From Callorhinchus milii (Eukaryota), in the NCBI RefSeq assembly GCF_018977255.1, contig NW_024704743.1, forward strand, positions 24,244,001 through 24,308,000: a stretch of DNA of 64,000 nucleotides. Direction: 5' to 3'. Under the pieces are notes generated by a model. The model did not search any database. It worked only from the letters and a program-made list of their open reading frames with translations, and was not told the origin of the DNA. How positions within the stretch are numbered: position 1 is the first letter of the stretch; the number at the start of each line of letters is the position of its first letter. Position numbers and translations under genes: made by a program. Of this stretch, positions 1 to 13,084 are shown in pieces.

Positions 1-2269
1 CACTGATGTCACTTGCATACTGAGCATTTGTTCTGTATATTTTGTTTGTGCTTTGTTTGTCACAAAACCCCAGAGACCCCCGGTGACCAGATTATAATGA
101 GGTTGCCCTGTATGTGGACTCAGTGTCAGTTGGCAAGTCTAGCCTTCTGCTCTACATGAAAACTCAGTTTGGTACAATTGCTGATCCAAGTCAAACAGTC
201 CAGGGCAGTGGCCAGTGTCACCGTCTGCTTCATTTTCTGTCCTCCAACACAGACACAAACATGAAGGAATTAAAGCAAGAGAAGGTTGGGACTGTCTGGT
301 CATGGGAAGTGAGCAATGAAAATTGGAATAATACAGGATACACTGTGTATGAGGGAAGGATTTAATATTCATGTGTGAATATGTGTGTGTACATATGGTG
401 TACATATGGATGTCTTGACTGGCACAGAATTTTATAAATATTTTAAACAGAACTCACATACACCACACAATATTACAGTCAACCTGATTGAAATGTTCAT
501 GTGGGTGAAGTAAGGGAAAATCTAAAGTTTAAAATGTCTTATCCATTGATATCTAGGATGCTCTGAAGCTATGGGAGAGCAACCTAAAAATAATGTAGCA
601 AAACATGACCATTATGATGAATGCTAAAATTAAGATAAGCAAATACTTACTTGATGGCTGAATATGGTAAATCTTGGGCAGAATTACTGGAGAGATAAAA
701 AGCAGGATGTGAGGGTGCAGGGTGGGTGGGTACTGCAAGTTTGTCCTTTTTTAACAAAGACTCTGTGGACAGTGGGTGTTCACGACTGCTGGATCTCAGG
801 GCACTGTCTGAGAGCTGGTGAGAGAATAAAATTATTGTTAGCTATCGCAAACCTTAATGCTAGCATCTGCTTGTAACAGCCAAGGAGGAAGAGTGCATCA
901 TTTCATATGCAATTAAACAATTAGAGCTTGATTGGAGTATAAACGGAGAAATACTAATTTACATATTCACATGCTGGTGTTTTCATAATTAATCCTTTTC
1001 TACATAAGCAGGGCTGCCTTCTGTCTCTGTCTGTCTGGATCTGTGTTACTCTCTCACTCCAGGGACCTTATTTAATACAATATGCAATGGAGGAAAACTG
1101 TATTCGTGCCAACGAATTCACCAAAAACTAATTTTAGTTGAATGCATGTATTTCAATGATACCTAATGTTATAGTCAGTGCCACATAATTAGTTCACCGG
1201 CAAACTCCATTTTAACATAAATGTAGAAAGCATATACTCATTTTGCACAAGTAACTGAACAAAATAAATCATGACGATAGGAATACATAAAAATATTTTT
1301 ATACGTTTGTACAAAAACAACTGCATACATTTGTGCCTGCTACATGTATGTACTACAATGGTAAAATCAGATTTACGCACTCCATATTTTTGTTACCTCA
1401 ATGCGCTACCCTCTTTTTAAAGTAAAGGATTTTTTCAAATTCTATTTATTGAATTTGATATGTTCAGTAAAGTAATACAGATACATGATTCTGTTTTCAA
1501 TCTGAGGTCAATTTAATCCCAGTTGGATGCCATGTAACAGCCTAAAGCACATTACAAAACAAGCAGAAAGAGGAAACAGGACACGGAGCAGATGCCCACA
1601 GTTCCAAGAGCTTCAGTCGTACCACCGAACTAGGTTGGTTGAGCATGGTACTTAGCATCAGAAGTTCTGGATTGAAGTTCACTTTGGACCACACAATCCT
1701 ATTCTTTTCAATGTCAGTAAACTGAATACCATGTCTGAAGCAATGTGAAATTGGGGCATCCCCTGGGTTGAATTGGCTCCAACAAGCCTGGCCTGCAGCA
1801 ATCCAAGGCCATTATAGTCAACAAGGCTGCCCAGCACATCAATGAAACTTGGAAGTCTGGACGTATCCTCAAACTGCGAGATATAGTCCTGAATGACTAG
1901 GGCAGTCATAGATGGGCAAGTTTTGTACAATTTACAGTTAAATAGCGTCTTATACGTCTCAAAGTGTTTCACACAGCTAGTTGGGCACCCAAACCAGTGG
2001 GAGGGGAGCTGAAGAGGCTAGAGGAGGGTGGAAAGATGACTGAAAGAATGATCAAGGAGGCTAGTCCAGACCTAACAGCGCTATATGGTGACCATTACCT
2101 CCCAGTGCTTTGGAAATGCCAATTTTAACATTTTGAACCTTGCTCTCCACATCATACACTTTATCAATGAAACAATGTATTGGACTGGGTTCAGAGAAGA
2201 ACAGCAAGAATAACCCTTCAGTGGAACTTAGGGTTCTGAATTATTAAGAGAAACAAAGCACAAAACTTG

Positions 2270-2500
2270 ACTGAGAATAAAAATGATCTGGTTTTAATTA
2301 TCAATTTAAGATAATTACCAAAGGAGCAAAGAGTGAGAGAAGGAGAATTGTTGTTACTGAGGGTTGTTACGATGTAGAATGTCCTGCTGGGAGTAGTATT
2401 TAAGGCAGAACTATATTAATTTTCAGAAGGGAACCAGGTAGATATCCAAAAAAGCATAATTTGAAAGGTTATAGGGAAAGGGCAGCATTGTGCGATATGA
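2270..2500 (+). mobile_element. Decayed CR1 LINE 3' fragment
   Basis: gagggttgttacgatgtagaatgtcctgc...aaggttatagggaaagggcag resembles the CR1 ORF2 end and 3'UTR seen at 8020-8258. Confidence 0.55.
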
Positions 2501-3951
2501 CACCTCTCAAATAAAATGAAAATATTTTCCACTCAGAATACAAAAAATTTCAACTGTATTGTAGGCCCCCAATCTCTTCTCTCTTCTCACTGTCTTTCCT
2601 CTCTGGGCTTATAACCTGAATGATTATTCCTACAAAGAGCTAGTACAGACTCTATGTGCCTCCTGGGTTCCAATGTTCTATGGATTTAGATTTTCACTAT
2701 GCTGAGAGCAATGGTCAAGGGAATGCACAAGAGCAAGAAGGCTATTTAACAAGTTGTGAGCACAGAACTCGAGGATAAAGCACAACATTAATAAGCCTTA
2801 AGTGAGACTAGATTTGAAGGCTTGTTTTATACACAGCTGTGAATTTGCCAGACTACTGGTGAAAACAGGCAGTACGGCAGATTAGTACCTTTAGAAACCG
2901 AACTGGGTAAATAACAGGTGAGGAAAAGGACTCAAGGTTATGCTGATAAGCACAGCTAGGGATGATTGAATGCTGCATAAATCCTGATGATTCCTAAGAT
3001 GCTGAGACTATGGAAGTGTGCCAAAGAAGGCAATGACTCAAGTATGTATAATGCCAGTTGGAAGGTGAGATAGATACTCCAGAGTGTGAGCCTCTCCTCT
3101 GAAGACTGAAATCCACTTAAGAGCAGACTTTATGTGGTTTCTGAAAAGAACTGCTTTTATAGACCAAATGGATTTTTCTTGTTCCATGCTTTTGTATGTT
3201 CATAATGACACCACAAAAACAATGTAACACACACTCTCATCGGTCCCATATATGCAGTATATCCGACCCTTGATTTGCTTCTGAGCCTGATTCGCACGTA
3301 TCAGCGATGCATGATGGCAGCTGGATTTACGCCTTCAATTGTTTGCTTGTTCTGAGTGCTTTTTATTGTTGAAAATGCTTCTGCAAAGAAGTATCATGGT
3401 GGGATTTCTACTGATATTTCTTAATAAGGAATGCCGTTAAGAAATACCACAAACCCTACCATTAATTGGCAAAGCTTCCGGATCCTCCACTCAGAGGATT
3501 CACAGGCTGCTTTCCTTCATCGGGCAACTATAATTAGGTGTTCATTTGTCAAGCGGGTTTGCAGATAGATATTAATCCATTGGTTCTCACAGTCAACGTA
3601 AACACAAACGTATTAAAAAAACATGCACAATGGCATGTTAAAATAATGACCTGATTGACATTCTGCACTTAAATTATTTTCAAATGTTGCAGATGGGCTG
3701 AGCAACCTAATTAAAGGAGAAGCTACTGACAGCGTCTACACTGACTCAATGGTGTTCAAATGGATGTTAAAGATCCTATGGCATTACTCGAAAGAGAAAA
3801 GCTGTTTGTAAGACCTTTGGACTAAATGATTACGTTTGCCTACAAATATAGTCATAGCAACATAAAAAAATAGCAACAGGAGGCCATTCAGTCCACTGAA
3901 TCTGTTTCTCCAGCTTTTGATCATGGCAGTTTTTCTAATTCCAATGTAAAT

Positions 3952-4310
3952 ATAATAATAATCCTTGCATTTGATATAGCACCTTATCACATCTTTGAGA
4001 CATCTCAAAGTGCTTCACACAATATACTGTAAAGTAAATTGACTGTATATTTTGTGGGCAAAACGTGGCAGTCAATTACGCACAGCAGTGTCCCACAAAC
4101 AGTCATTGAATGACCAATTTTTTTTAAGGAATTGTTACCCCCGGAAAAGCGATCAGCCAATCGGCTAACAACCGAGTTCATATTTACTGCTAGGTAAACA
4201 GAGGCGTGTGGAGTAAGGAAACTTGCCCAACGTTTCGCTCTGATGGTAATCGAACCCAGGCCTCTCGCTTGCGAGGCGAGTGCTCTAACCACTGAGCTAC
4301 AGGATTCCAC
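3952..4310 (-). mobile_element. tRNA-headed SINE, long form (tRNA head + CORE-like segment + Deu/L2-type tail)
   Basis: Minus strand: ggaatcctgtagctcagtggttagagcactcgcc (A box), ggttcgatt (B box), ttgggcaagtttccttactccacacgcctctgtttacctagcagtaaat, ending gctatatcaaatgcaaggattattatt. Confidence 0.9.
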
Positions 4311-4856
4311 ATCTATTACCCGAGTATTGCATCTATTAATACATCCACTACCTAAGTATCTTTCTACCTCTCCTTTAAACACCCCTATTGATTCATCACA
4401 TTTGACAGTAATTATCTGTGATGTATTTTAATGTGATGAGACACTATAAAAATGCATGTTTTTTCAGGCATTTAAAATACTGTGAAGTCCACCCCACGTC
4501 AATTACTTTCTCCCAGGTCCCCCCATTTTGAGATTTCTCCCAAATTGTAACCAGCTGCTTTCTTTGTAGGAGACAGCCTCGATACAACGCATCCACTGTG
4601 AGAGTCCAGTTTAATTAAAATCCCTAGTGTCTGGTAGGTGCCTCTCTCCAAGCTCATATATATCGACTGGTTCCCTCCATTGTTATCATCTTTCCCACTG
4701 ACAGAATGTAAACTGCAGGGGCAGCACTTTCAGATAGTTGTTCAGTGAGCTCACTTGTGCCTTTTTTAGCAGATTGACATAAAAGCCGCTTTTAGTCACA
4801 GCTGTGGATGAGACAGCAAAAGTGGCAGAGATTTGAGGCGCAACTATGCAACTCTA

Positions 4857-5027
4857 AGGCCTGAAATTCTATCATAAAATTGTTTTGTCTTAAAATGTAA
4901 GATTTCCTAGAATTGTTGAAAATTCTCTGATTCAGTCTTAATTTGGTAGCCATTTCTTTGTAAGAACTTTGGAAAAATTTAAAACAAAATGGTCTCATAG
5001 ACAAAGACTAGGTAGAATTTCAGGTCT
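4857..5027. mobile_element. MITE-like element with terminal inverted repeats
   Basis: aggcctgaaattcta (4857-4871) and tagaatttcaggtct (5013-5027) are 14/15 reverse-complementary; interior resembles 46280-46503. Confidence 0.6.
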
Positions 5028-7827
5028 TCTATTTGTGCATTCAATAGCGTTGTTCATTTTTATTAAACATGAAGCAGAGTATTGCTGTTATTAATTGTGA
5101 AGATACAATACAATACACAATTACATTCGTATAGCACCTTTCACATTGGGAAGACATCCCAAAATTTTCTATACAATGCCATTGGCTAAGGAAGGAAGTT
5201 TCCTTTGTTCTTCTACACACTGCAATGAATAATATGATTATAATAATAATTATTATTATATTCGATAGAGCACCTTATTACTTCATTAAAATGTTTCAAA
5301 ATGCTTCACAGGAATTTTATTGCAAAGTGAAATGTATTTGTAGATAAATGCAGCAGCCAATTTGTGCACAACAATATCCCCGAATCACCCAAGAAGTGAA
5401 TGAACAATTTTATCTGTGGGATATTTGGAGAGGACATTATAGAGATATATGAGATATCCAGCCTCTGGGCATTTGGCTAACTGATATAAAAAATATAAAA
5501 ACAGATTTTTACTTGGCATCATTTTTTGAGAAAAACTTTCCCCAACATCTTGAAATGGTAGTTGCTTTAGAAAAAGTGAATAGGCTTAGAGTATCTCATA
5601 ATTTCAGCATTTAAATGTTTAGAAAAAAAATTCTGCATTATTATTTTGTATGTCTGCAAATGAAACACTATATTCCAAGCAGATATCCTCTTGGCTTGAA
5701 ATCAGGACATCATTCTCACCACCTTTGCTGTTTTCAAAAGTGCATCCAGTTTTTCTTACATAGTACAGTGTGTGTTCCCTGCATGTTATTTTTACATTTT
5801 GTTTTATTGCATTTTATTTTGTCCAAAAGCTGTCAGCATTACCTTTTATTGTTTTAGAGATGTTGGGGAGGGTGAACTAGGGGAATATGCTACGTGATAT
5901 GGTAATTATCACTTCCCATGTTGCATTTTTCGCCTCACCGATCTTATATTCCAGTTTATTAATGCTGCGGAACTGGAGTTACTCAGGGACACAAGTGTAT
6001 GTAGTCAGGGCCCCTCATGGAACCAAATGATTTAGAGCAACGTTCAAAAGAGAATGATACGAACAAGAAGGACTATTCCATAAGCAAATTAGAGGCATCA
6101 AACTGAGCAAGGAAATGCATGGACATAAATGTAAAGTAACCTTTGGAATCATAAGAAATCTGTCATTTTGCACCCATTACAGGTTATTGGTACCCGAGCA
6201 ACAATCGAGGTCATGGCCAGGGACCAGCAGCTCCACCATATACATGACAAGGTAATAACGTAAACTACTGACTGATCCTCCTGTACTCCAGCAGCACCAT
6301 CAAGGACAGCAGGAGTTGCACTCCAAACCACATGGCAAATAATATTTCCTGCAGGATGCGTTAGCCAATCATTATGGCCAAGATTTGGGCTGAACCAGGA
6401 ATATACTTAATGGGCCAAAACAGTCTTTTGTCATTTCAGGTTTCCTTACATAAATCTTAGGTAAGGTCTTACATAGGTCTTCCGTAAATCAAAGCGGGGC
6501 TTGCTCACATCACCAGGTCTTTTGTGACAGGTTATAATATAGCAGAAAAACAGCACGGAACTTCTAAATTGGTTGTACATTTTCAGGGATGGACTACACT
6601 TATACTTGCAAATTTAAGAAATATTAATTATTTGGACTATACTTTTATCCTCCTGCAGTTCCCATTAAACTCTTGTCAGGAGGACGTCAGTAAAAATATT
6701 CCCTTTCGCCATGCTATTTCTCAAACAGGAATTAGGGACAGTGAGGAGTCACCTGCCTACAGTTTAGAGATATCTTTGGCTCAGCCTTTGTCTGTGAGTT
6801 ACTACTTCAGGGTCACCAAAGCCATATTTCAACTCTCACTTTCTGTTGCCTTTACATGTCACACCTTTTGATTCATGTGGCATTTACGAATTGATAGTGA
6901 GATTTCACTCTACTTATTCAGGCTCAATAAATCATCCTGCTCACAACTGACCCTTCTTATTAACCTGTGCCTTTGCTTCAGTCAAAGCATTCTCTGCAAT
7001 ATGTTCAGAAACATGATTTCACTAGAAAGTGACTTTGTTATGTAAAGCTCTATTTGTATGCACAACAGTCAACATTTGCAGCACACAGTTTATTAACTTT
7101 AATTCTTCCAACAATGAGGCTGTTTGTGATACGATATTTTAAACTTCAGATTTGGATCAGAGGATCCAATGTTCAGGTGCTCTAGAAAAGTGTGTTTATC
7201 AGTTCAGTCAGGGGCTTGTCTTTAGATTGAAGAAAAGTGTGCATTTTTCTTTATCACTGAAACATCTGCAAAGCACTTTACAGTAATTGGGGTCCAGTGC
7301 ACTGACCATTTTTCATAGGCAATCACAGTAACATCTGGAGGGCTGTTGGCCAGGACACTAGTGGAAACTGCCTTCCTTTTTCAAACAGTATTATGGGTCA
7401 ATTATATCCACTTCAAGTACAGGCGGCCAATAATTTTATTTTGGTCAGGTGTTTGACATGCAAACCCATCACTATGATTAATAGTATCCAGACTAAGAGT
7501 TCCACATATTTATGCCACCTATGCATGAAAATTTCTCTGTGTCTGGAATGGAATGCTCCCTGAAGCCCACACACTGCTTACTTAATTTCAGAGATTATTA
7601 GGTGCAGGTTGACGAGTATCAAGGCTCGCAGACCCCAGAGTGTGCGTTGAGGTATTGAGGAGTTTAACCAGCTAGGCAGACAACAACTCAGTTTAAGGTC
7701 TCATCCAAAATACAGCACTTCTGTCAATGAAGCACTCCCGTGACTGAAAAAAACCCATTTAGATCACCTTGTCATGGCACAGTTTGTTGATGTGATTACT
7801 GGTATTGAAGTTGTAAGGAATTCAGTA

Positions 7828-7965
7828 TTTTTTTTTGGTCAGCCGGGTGTCTGACGCATGCGGAAACCCATCACCATGCTTAAGAGTATCCAAACCAAAC
7901 TGAGAATTCCATGCATCCCATCTACACGTGGAAATCCCAGAGAGAGATTGTTGGGATTGAATGCC
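7828..7965 (-). mobile_element. 3' end of unclassified poly(A)-tailed retroposon (family X)
   Basis: Minus strand ends ggatactcttaagcatggtgatgggtttccgcatgcgtcagacacccggctgacc(A)9, closely matching 18172-18300. A further fragment lies at about 7570-7685. Confidence 0.75.
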
Positions 7966-8019
7966 AACAAACCTAGTGATCCAATATCAAATTCCAAAGT
8001 GAACCTCATTCTGGCAAAA

Positions 8020-8258
8020 GAACCAGAGGGGAGATGAGGAGAAAACACAGTGAGTTGTTACGATCTGCAATGCACTGTCTAAACGGGTGGTGGAAGCAGA
8101 TTCAATAATAACTATTAAAAGGGAATTGTATACATACTTGAAAAGAAAAAAAATGGTGAAAGAGTGCAGGAGTGGAATTAATTTGATAGCTCTTTCAAAG
8201 AGCTGGCACAGGCACGATGGGCCGAATGGCCTCCTTTTGTGCTGTAAGATTCTATGAT
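8020..8258 (+). mobile_element. CR1 LINE 3' end
   Basis: Ends aaagagctggcacaggcacgatgggccgaatggcctccttttgtgctgtaagattctatga, a typical CR1 tail with ggcc-gaat-ggcc mini-hairpin and ATTCTATG repeat unit. Confidence 0.8.
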
Positions 8259-8809
8259 GCAATCACATTTTAAAATCACATTATCATTTTCCGGCGAATG
8301 ACTGAAAATTAAGTTTAAATTACTTAAAATACTCACACAAGGACTTTTTGATTTCTCCAGGTGGTGCTGTTCCAGTACAATTATTGCAAAAAAAACCTTT
8401 GCATTTAAAATTATTACATTTTCTGCACGTAAACAGAAATGTGTTGAACTCTGCTTACATTCGACAAATACAAAGGAGCAGAAATGGCGATTTTTGAGGT
8501 TAGATTTTTTTAAATTTCTTACAATCTTCCCTACGTCCCCAGGCCCTGCACCTCCTGCAGCTGAGAAGGCAAGCAACCTGCTTCCAGCCGTCCAACAATA
8601 CTCCGTCCAAATCACCTATCATGAAACTCTGTCAAATTCACCCATTTTATACTGCAGGGTGAATCTGTCAGAAAAATCAAAAACAGCTGTGACTGGATGA
8701 AACCTGTGAATTTCAAATTCTCATTCGCAACTTGCCTTTTCTGCCCATAATTATAGCTCTTCCTTGATTTTTGGAGAAGGTCTGTATGGGCCAGAAATGT
8801 AAACATCAC

Positions 8810-9005
8810 ATATTTAACGTCCACTTGAACATGCAGACAGGACCTTATGGAGGATTACCTTATGGATATTTTGGTTTAATTTCTCATCATGCCCAGCTCT
8901 GCATTGGAGTATCAACGAGGACTAAGGAGTTCCAAGTCTTGATGGGGGACCCACGACATTCTGACTTAGAGGAAAGAGTGCTACTGACTGAGCCAGCCTG
9001 ACACA
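8810..9005 (-). mobile_element. DeuSINE-like 5' fragment
   Basis: Minus strand gtcaggctggctcagtcagtagcactctttcctctaagtcagaa...ggtcctgtctgcatgttcaagtggacgttaaa matches the head and body of 11816-12208. Confidence 0.6.
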
Positions 9006-9589
9006 CTTATTATCTATACAGATATGCATGATTCCCAATACATATTGGATATCAACCTACAGTGTTTGTTTAGAAAATTCTGTACCTTATCTCAGAGACA
9101 CAAGACTAAGACAAGATCTCCTAAAATATAATCACTTCTCAAAGCCATACCTGTAAGACAGGTCATTGCTGTTAATGCCTATTCAAAAGAATGGCAGTGA
9201 GCTCTATTTCCTTCTACCAGAGACATTTGAATTTCTCTATCTGGTACTTGTAATGTAAAGGAACTGAAGGCATACTTAAACAGATTTTTCACTGCCATTC
9301 TACTTTACTATTTAGTTTCAGATCCAAAATTGCAATCTACAATATATCTGGGAGAGTTTTGAGAATTACCTTATGGATATTTCGAATGCTTTTCCGGCAG
9401 GTGTGTCTGATCTCTTAGATGCCACTATGAATATTATTAACTATTAGGATCAAGGAATATCCACCTTCAAAGTGAGTAAAGAAAGAAAGATTTGAATTTC
9501 AGAAGGTGACATCTATAGACTCATCAAGCCTGTTGTTGGAGATGGCTAAATGCACCTAGCTTTGTACCCCCTTAGATTCTGCTGGGGCA

Positions 9590-9895
9590 TTCATGTGTAG
9601 TTGGTTGTTCATCTAGGACCACCGGCCCAATTAGGGCTTTGGCTTGCAAAAGTAACTGGAGCTGAGTGGGACGATTCCCTGCCCCCAGGGACTGGTCTGC
9701 CCTTCCAAGTCCTGCTGATGAGCCAGGCTGGCTGTGCTGTCATCGGCAGTGCCCTGGAAAACTGCGGAACCCGCCTGGCTCAGGAACCGGATTGCCAAGA
9801 CCACCACCGAAGGCTGGCTTGATTCTGAAATTCATTGCCAAACATGTCACTCTGTAACCAGTTCAGCTCCATGGAAACCCCACTTACCTCCTTCC
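9590..9895 (-). mobile_element. Family X retroposon, 5' half
   Basis: attagggctttggcttgcaaaagtaactggagctgagtgg...cccgcctggctcaggaaccgga...cagctccatggaaacccc aligns with 18490-18770. Confidence 0.75.
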
Positions 9896-10099
9896 ATCCA
9901 ATTCCTTTTTAATTGCTATTATCTACTTGACTTCAACAGTCATTTTGTGGCAACGCATTCCACATTTTAACAATTCTTTTAAGTTTCTTTACCCCCCCCC
10001 CTTTGTTCTGTGTAAATTGTATCCCCCTAGTTATTGATTCATGAAATACTGGAAATAACGTTTTATTATTTACAAAAGTGACTGCTCAAATCAGGTACC

Positions 10100-10278
10100 T
10101 ATTAGCATTTATAAAGGAACTGGAAAATACTTTTAAAAAAATCAATGAATGCTATTAGGAAAGAGAAGGAAAATGGGATTAGAGGAGAAAACTACTCTAG
10201 ATTGATAGGTTGATAGAATCAGCACAAATTTGATGGGCCGAATGGCCTCCTTCTGTGCTACACCAATTCTACGATTCA
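10100..10278 (+). mobile_element. CR1 LINE 3' end
   Basis: gatgggccgaatggcctccttctgtgct...attctacgattc tail. Confidence 0.7.
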
Positions 10279-11020
10279 ACATCTGTCTTTCGGAACAGAG
10301 TGGAGACTATAGTTGAAAGGTTAGTTGAAATGTCATTTTACAATGGGATTAAAACTTTAATAGAAAAAAATGCATTAGAGAACCAAATTACAAAAATTCA
10401 CAGATGTTATTGACTCAATTTATATGCGAAAATTCTACTCTCAGCAAGAGAGATCCTCAGGGGAAAAGACATCATGTTCAACTGATTGTATGCAGTTGAC
10501 TATGCATTATAGCTAATGGGACCTTTACAGAAATTGGAGGATCAGGCATTGCATAGAGTTGATACAGCAATAAACCTCAACAACTTGCATTTATATAGCG
10601 CCTTTCACGCTGGGTAGAGTCTTTGAGCACTTATGAAGAATGGTCATCATTAAAAACAAACATGTTGGGGAGAAATAGAAGAGAGTCTTGAGAAGGCTTA
10701 ATGGGAAACTTAAGAGCAGAAGACCGTCAAAGCAATTCATAGAAATAAATGAACCAAGGAACTGGATAGGATATTAAGAGATACAAAAAAAGGTGAGGAA
10801 ATGGAATTAGACTGTTTCCGTAGACTTAATGCCATAGGAAGCTCAATTGGCCAAATGGCTAATTTGTTTTCCAAAGTTAAAAGAGGCTTTGCTGCTGTGA
10901 TGGGGGGATGGTAAGGTGGGTATCCTGGAAGGATTAAATTTAATTGGATGGGCTGAAGGGTCTTCTTCACCTGAACTAATCTTGTGATCATGTCAAGTTC
11001 CTAAGAAACATTTTTTAACC

Positions 11021-11077
11021 TCATCTTTGAGTCTAGCATTTCGAAGCTCTTTTTAGAAACACTAGACTCAAAGATGA
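11021..11077. repeat. Perfect 16-bp inverted repeat with 25-nt spacer
   Basis: tcatctttgagtctag (11021-11036) and ctagactcaaagatga (11062-11077). Confidence 0.9.
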
Positions 11078-11815
11078 AATGCTGGGACTTCAGAATAGAG
11101 AACACCCTGGGGAGCCCAATTTGCTATTTTATGATTTCCAGTTCTCAAATAAAATGAGTTGGGTTCAAGAAGTGATACAGATGACTCAATGAGGTTTTGC
11201 AAAATACCCAACCTTAAAAGTCACAAGAGAGTATCTGAACTGCATTTTCTTGGTGGGTAGCGCTTATTTGTCGCTCTTAAACTCTTTGGAGGAATAACTC
11301 TAAAAATGCTAATATATGAAGGGAAGAGAATAAAAAGCCACCACAGTCCTGCTTGTAATCAAAAAGCTGTTGATCTGAGAAAACCAGAGATTTCCCTAGC
11401 TAGCTGACCCAGTTTGTGATGGCCATTTGAAACTCACAGTTCAACAGAGAAAATGAGAGATGTCCCCAGTTAACAGAGGTAATTATCAGAGGTGTGTTAT
11501 TAAGTCACCAGGTACCTTGCCAGGTAAGGTGATGGATTCTCCTAATTAGGTCCCAATACACAAAGTAGAGCTACAAAAATATGATTCCTCATAATTATTT
11601 TCACATTTATATTCCAATTGCTGTAACAGTGCTGAAAAAAATAGGGGAAACACTGTGAAAGAAACACAACAGATCCAATTATGCTGGTTGCTCATAACCT
11701 TCCTCCTCACAAAGATTAAACAAGTGTCCTATTTAGGTTTAATATTTAGTGTAATTCATCTTTGTCTTAGTGTACACTGCTTGCTAACATACAGTACTAC
11801 TCTTTTGCTTATGCT

Positions 11816-12208
11816 GTCAGCCTGGCTCAGTTGGTACCACTTTGCCTCTGAGTCAGAAGGGTGTGAGCTCATAGTGTAATCTGCTTGGGGTGGGCACATG
11901 TACTGCATTTTTGGAGGTGCCGTCCTATGAATAAGACATTTAACTGAGATCCCAGGTGTCTGTTCAAGTGTCATTAAAGCTCCCATGGCCCTATTTGAAA
12001 ACGGAAGGGAATATTCCTGGTATCCTACCCACATAAATTGTCATTCACTTCATGGCTGTTTAGCACGACATTTCTCTGTGCAAATTGGCTGCTGAATTGT
12101 TCCAAAAAATACATAGTCACCCAGTTCACAGTAAATCTTGTGAAGCACTTTGAAATGTTTTGATATTCTGATAAGGCGTTATATCAAATGCTGGGATTAT
12201 TATTATTG
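11816..12208 (+). mobile_element. DeuSINE (SacSINE1-like), near full length, decayed
   Basis: Head ggctcagttggtaccactttgcctctgagtcagaagg; Deu-type body ggaggtgccgtcctatgaataagacatttaac...cccatggccctatttgaa; tail aggcgttatatcaaatgctgggattattatt. Confidence 0.8.
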
Positions 12209-13084
12209 GCTTGGTCACTGAAGACAGACAAATGCTTACTGGTCTGAGTTTCTTGTTGCTTCTGTTATCCTCTTCATTCACTCAATTTTACCTTTCAAGT
12301 GCTCTTCAGTGTGAAGTGTAACACCTTTCTCTGCCGTGGACACTGCTGCGTGCCTCTTGAATGTTAGTCCCAGAATATTAAAAATTTAATCTGGTCATTT
12401 TTCTTTCCTTCAGCAGCACAGTATGATATCAAAGCAAAAATATTTTAATATATTCAGCCTTTCAATTCACAGTTAAAAGGGAAAGAACGTGAATTATTAC
12501 GACACCTTACCATGTCGAAATGTCTCCAAGCACTTAACAAGTAATCACTGTTTTTATTGGCAAACAGGGCATCCATTTGTGCCAGGAAGCTCCCACGCAC
12601 AGCACTGAGGAGAAAGTTACTATTAAAATTTAAAACCCTGTTCTAGCTGCTGGGAATGAATTTCTCGGGCCCTTTGCTAAGTAAAAAAAAAAGTACGGGA
12701 GCAAGTTTAATTGTCAAAACCCTGAGGGAGAAAACATTCTCAGAAGTCAGGATGTTTAGGGTATGCGGATTTAATGGTTAGTCCAGTGGCAAAAGTCAAA
12801 ACCATGAACAATAATCCACTGTTGACATGAGAAATGGCCACCATTTGTCTCTGTTGATTCCTTCTTGAAATTCATAGCTGGAAATGCAGAGAGACATTTT
12901 GAAATTCATCAGTTGTTGCTATTGCTGACCAATATTTCTGGATGAGTAATGGGTTTAGAAACTAATATCATTATTGAACTGATTTAGGAAGCATCCAATA
13001 TTTGTTGTGCTCTCCAATTTGTCTGTAGCATCCAGTTAAATTCCTATCCTGTCTTCTATTCCTATCTCTCTCACCCTCTCCACT

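Noticed and set aside
6150..6330. TRATIE peptide suggesting a second Harbinger transposase piece; similar GC-richer islands at 1540-1920, 16300-16900 and 22190-22560
   Set aside because: Too short or degenerate to assign without a search.
9716..9770. CTGATGAG hammerhead-like core in family X
   Set aside because: No GAAA after the putative stem II and no stem III.
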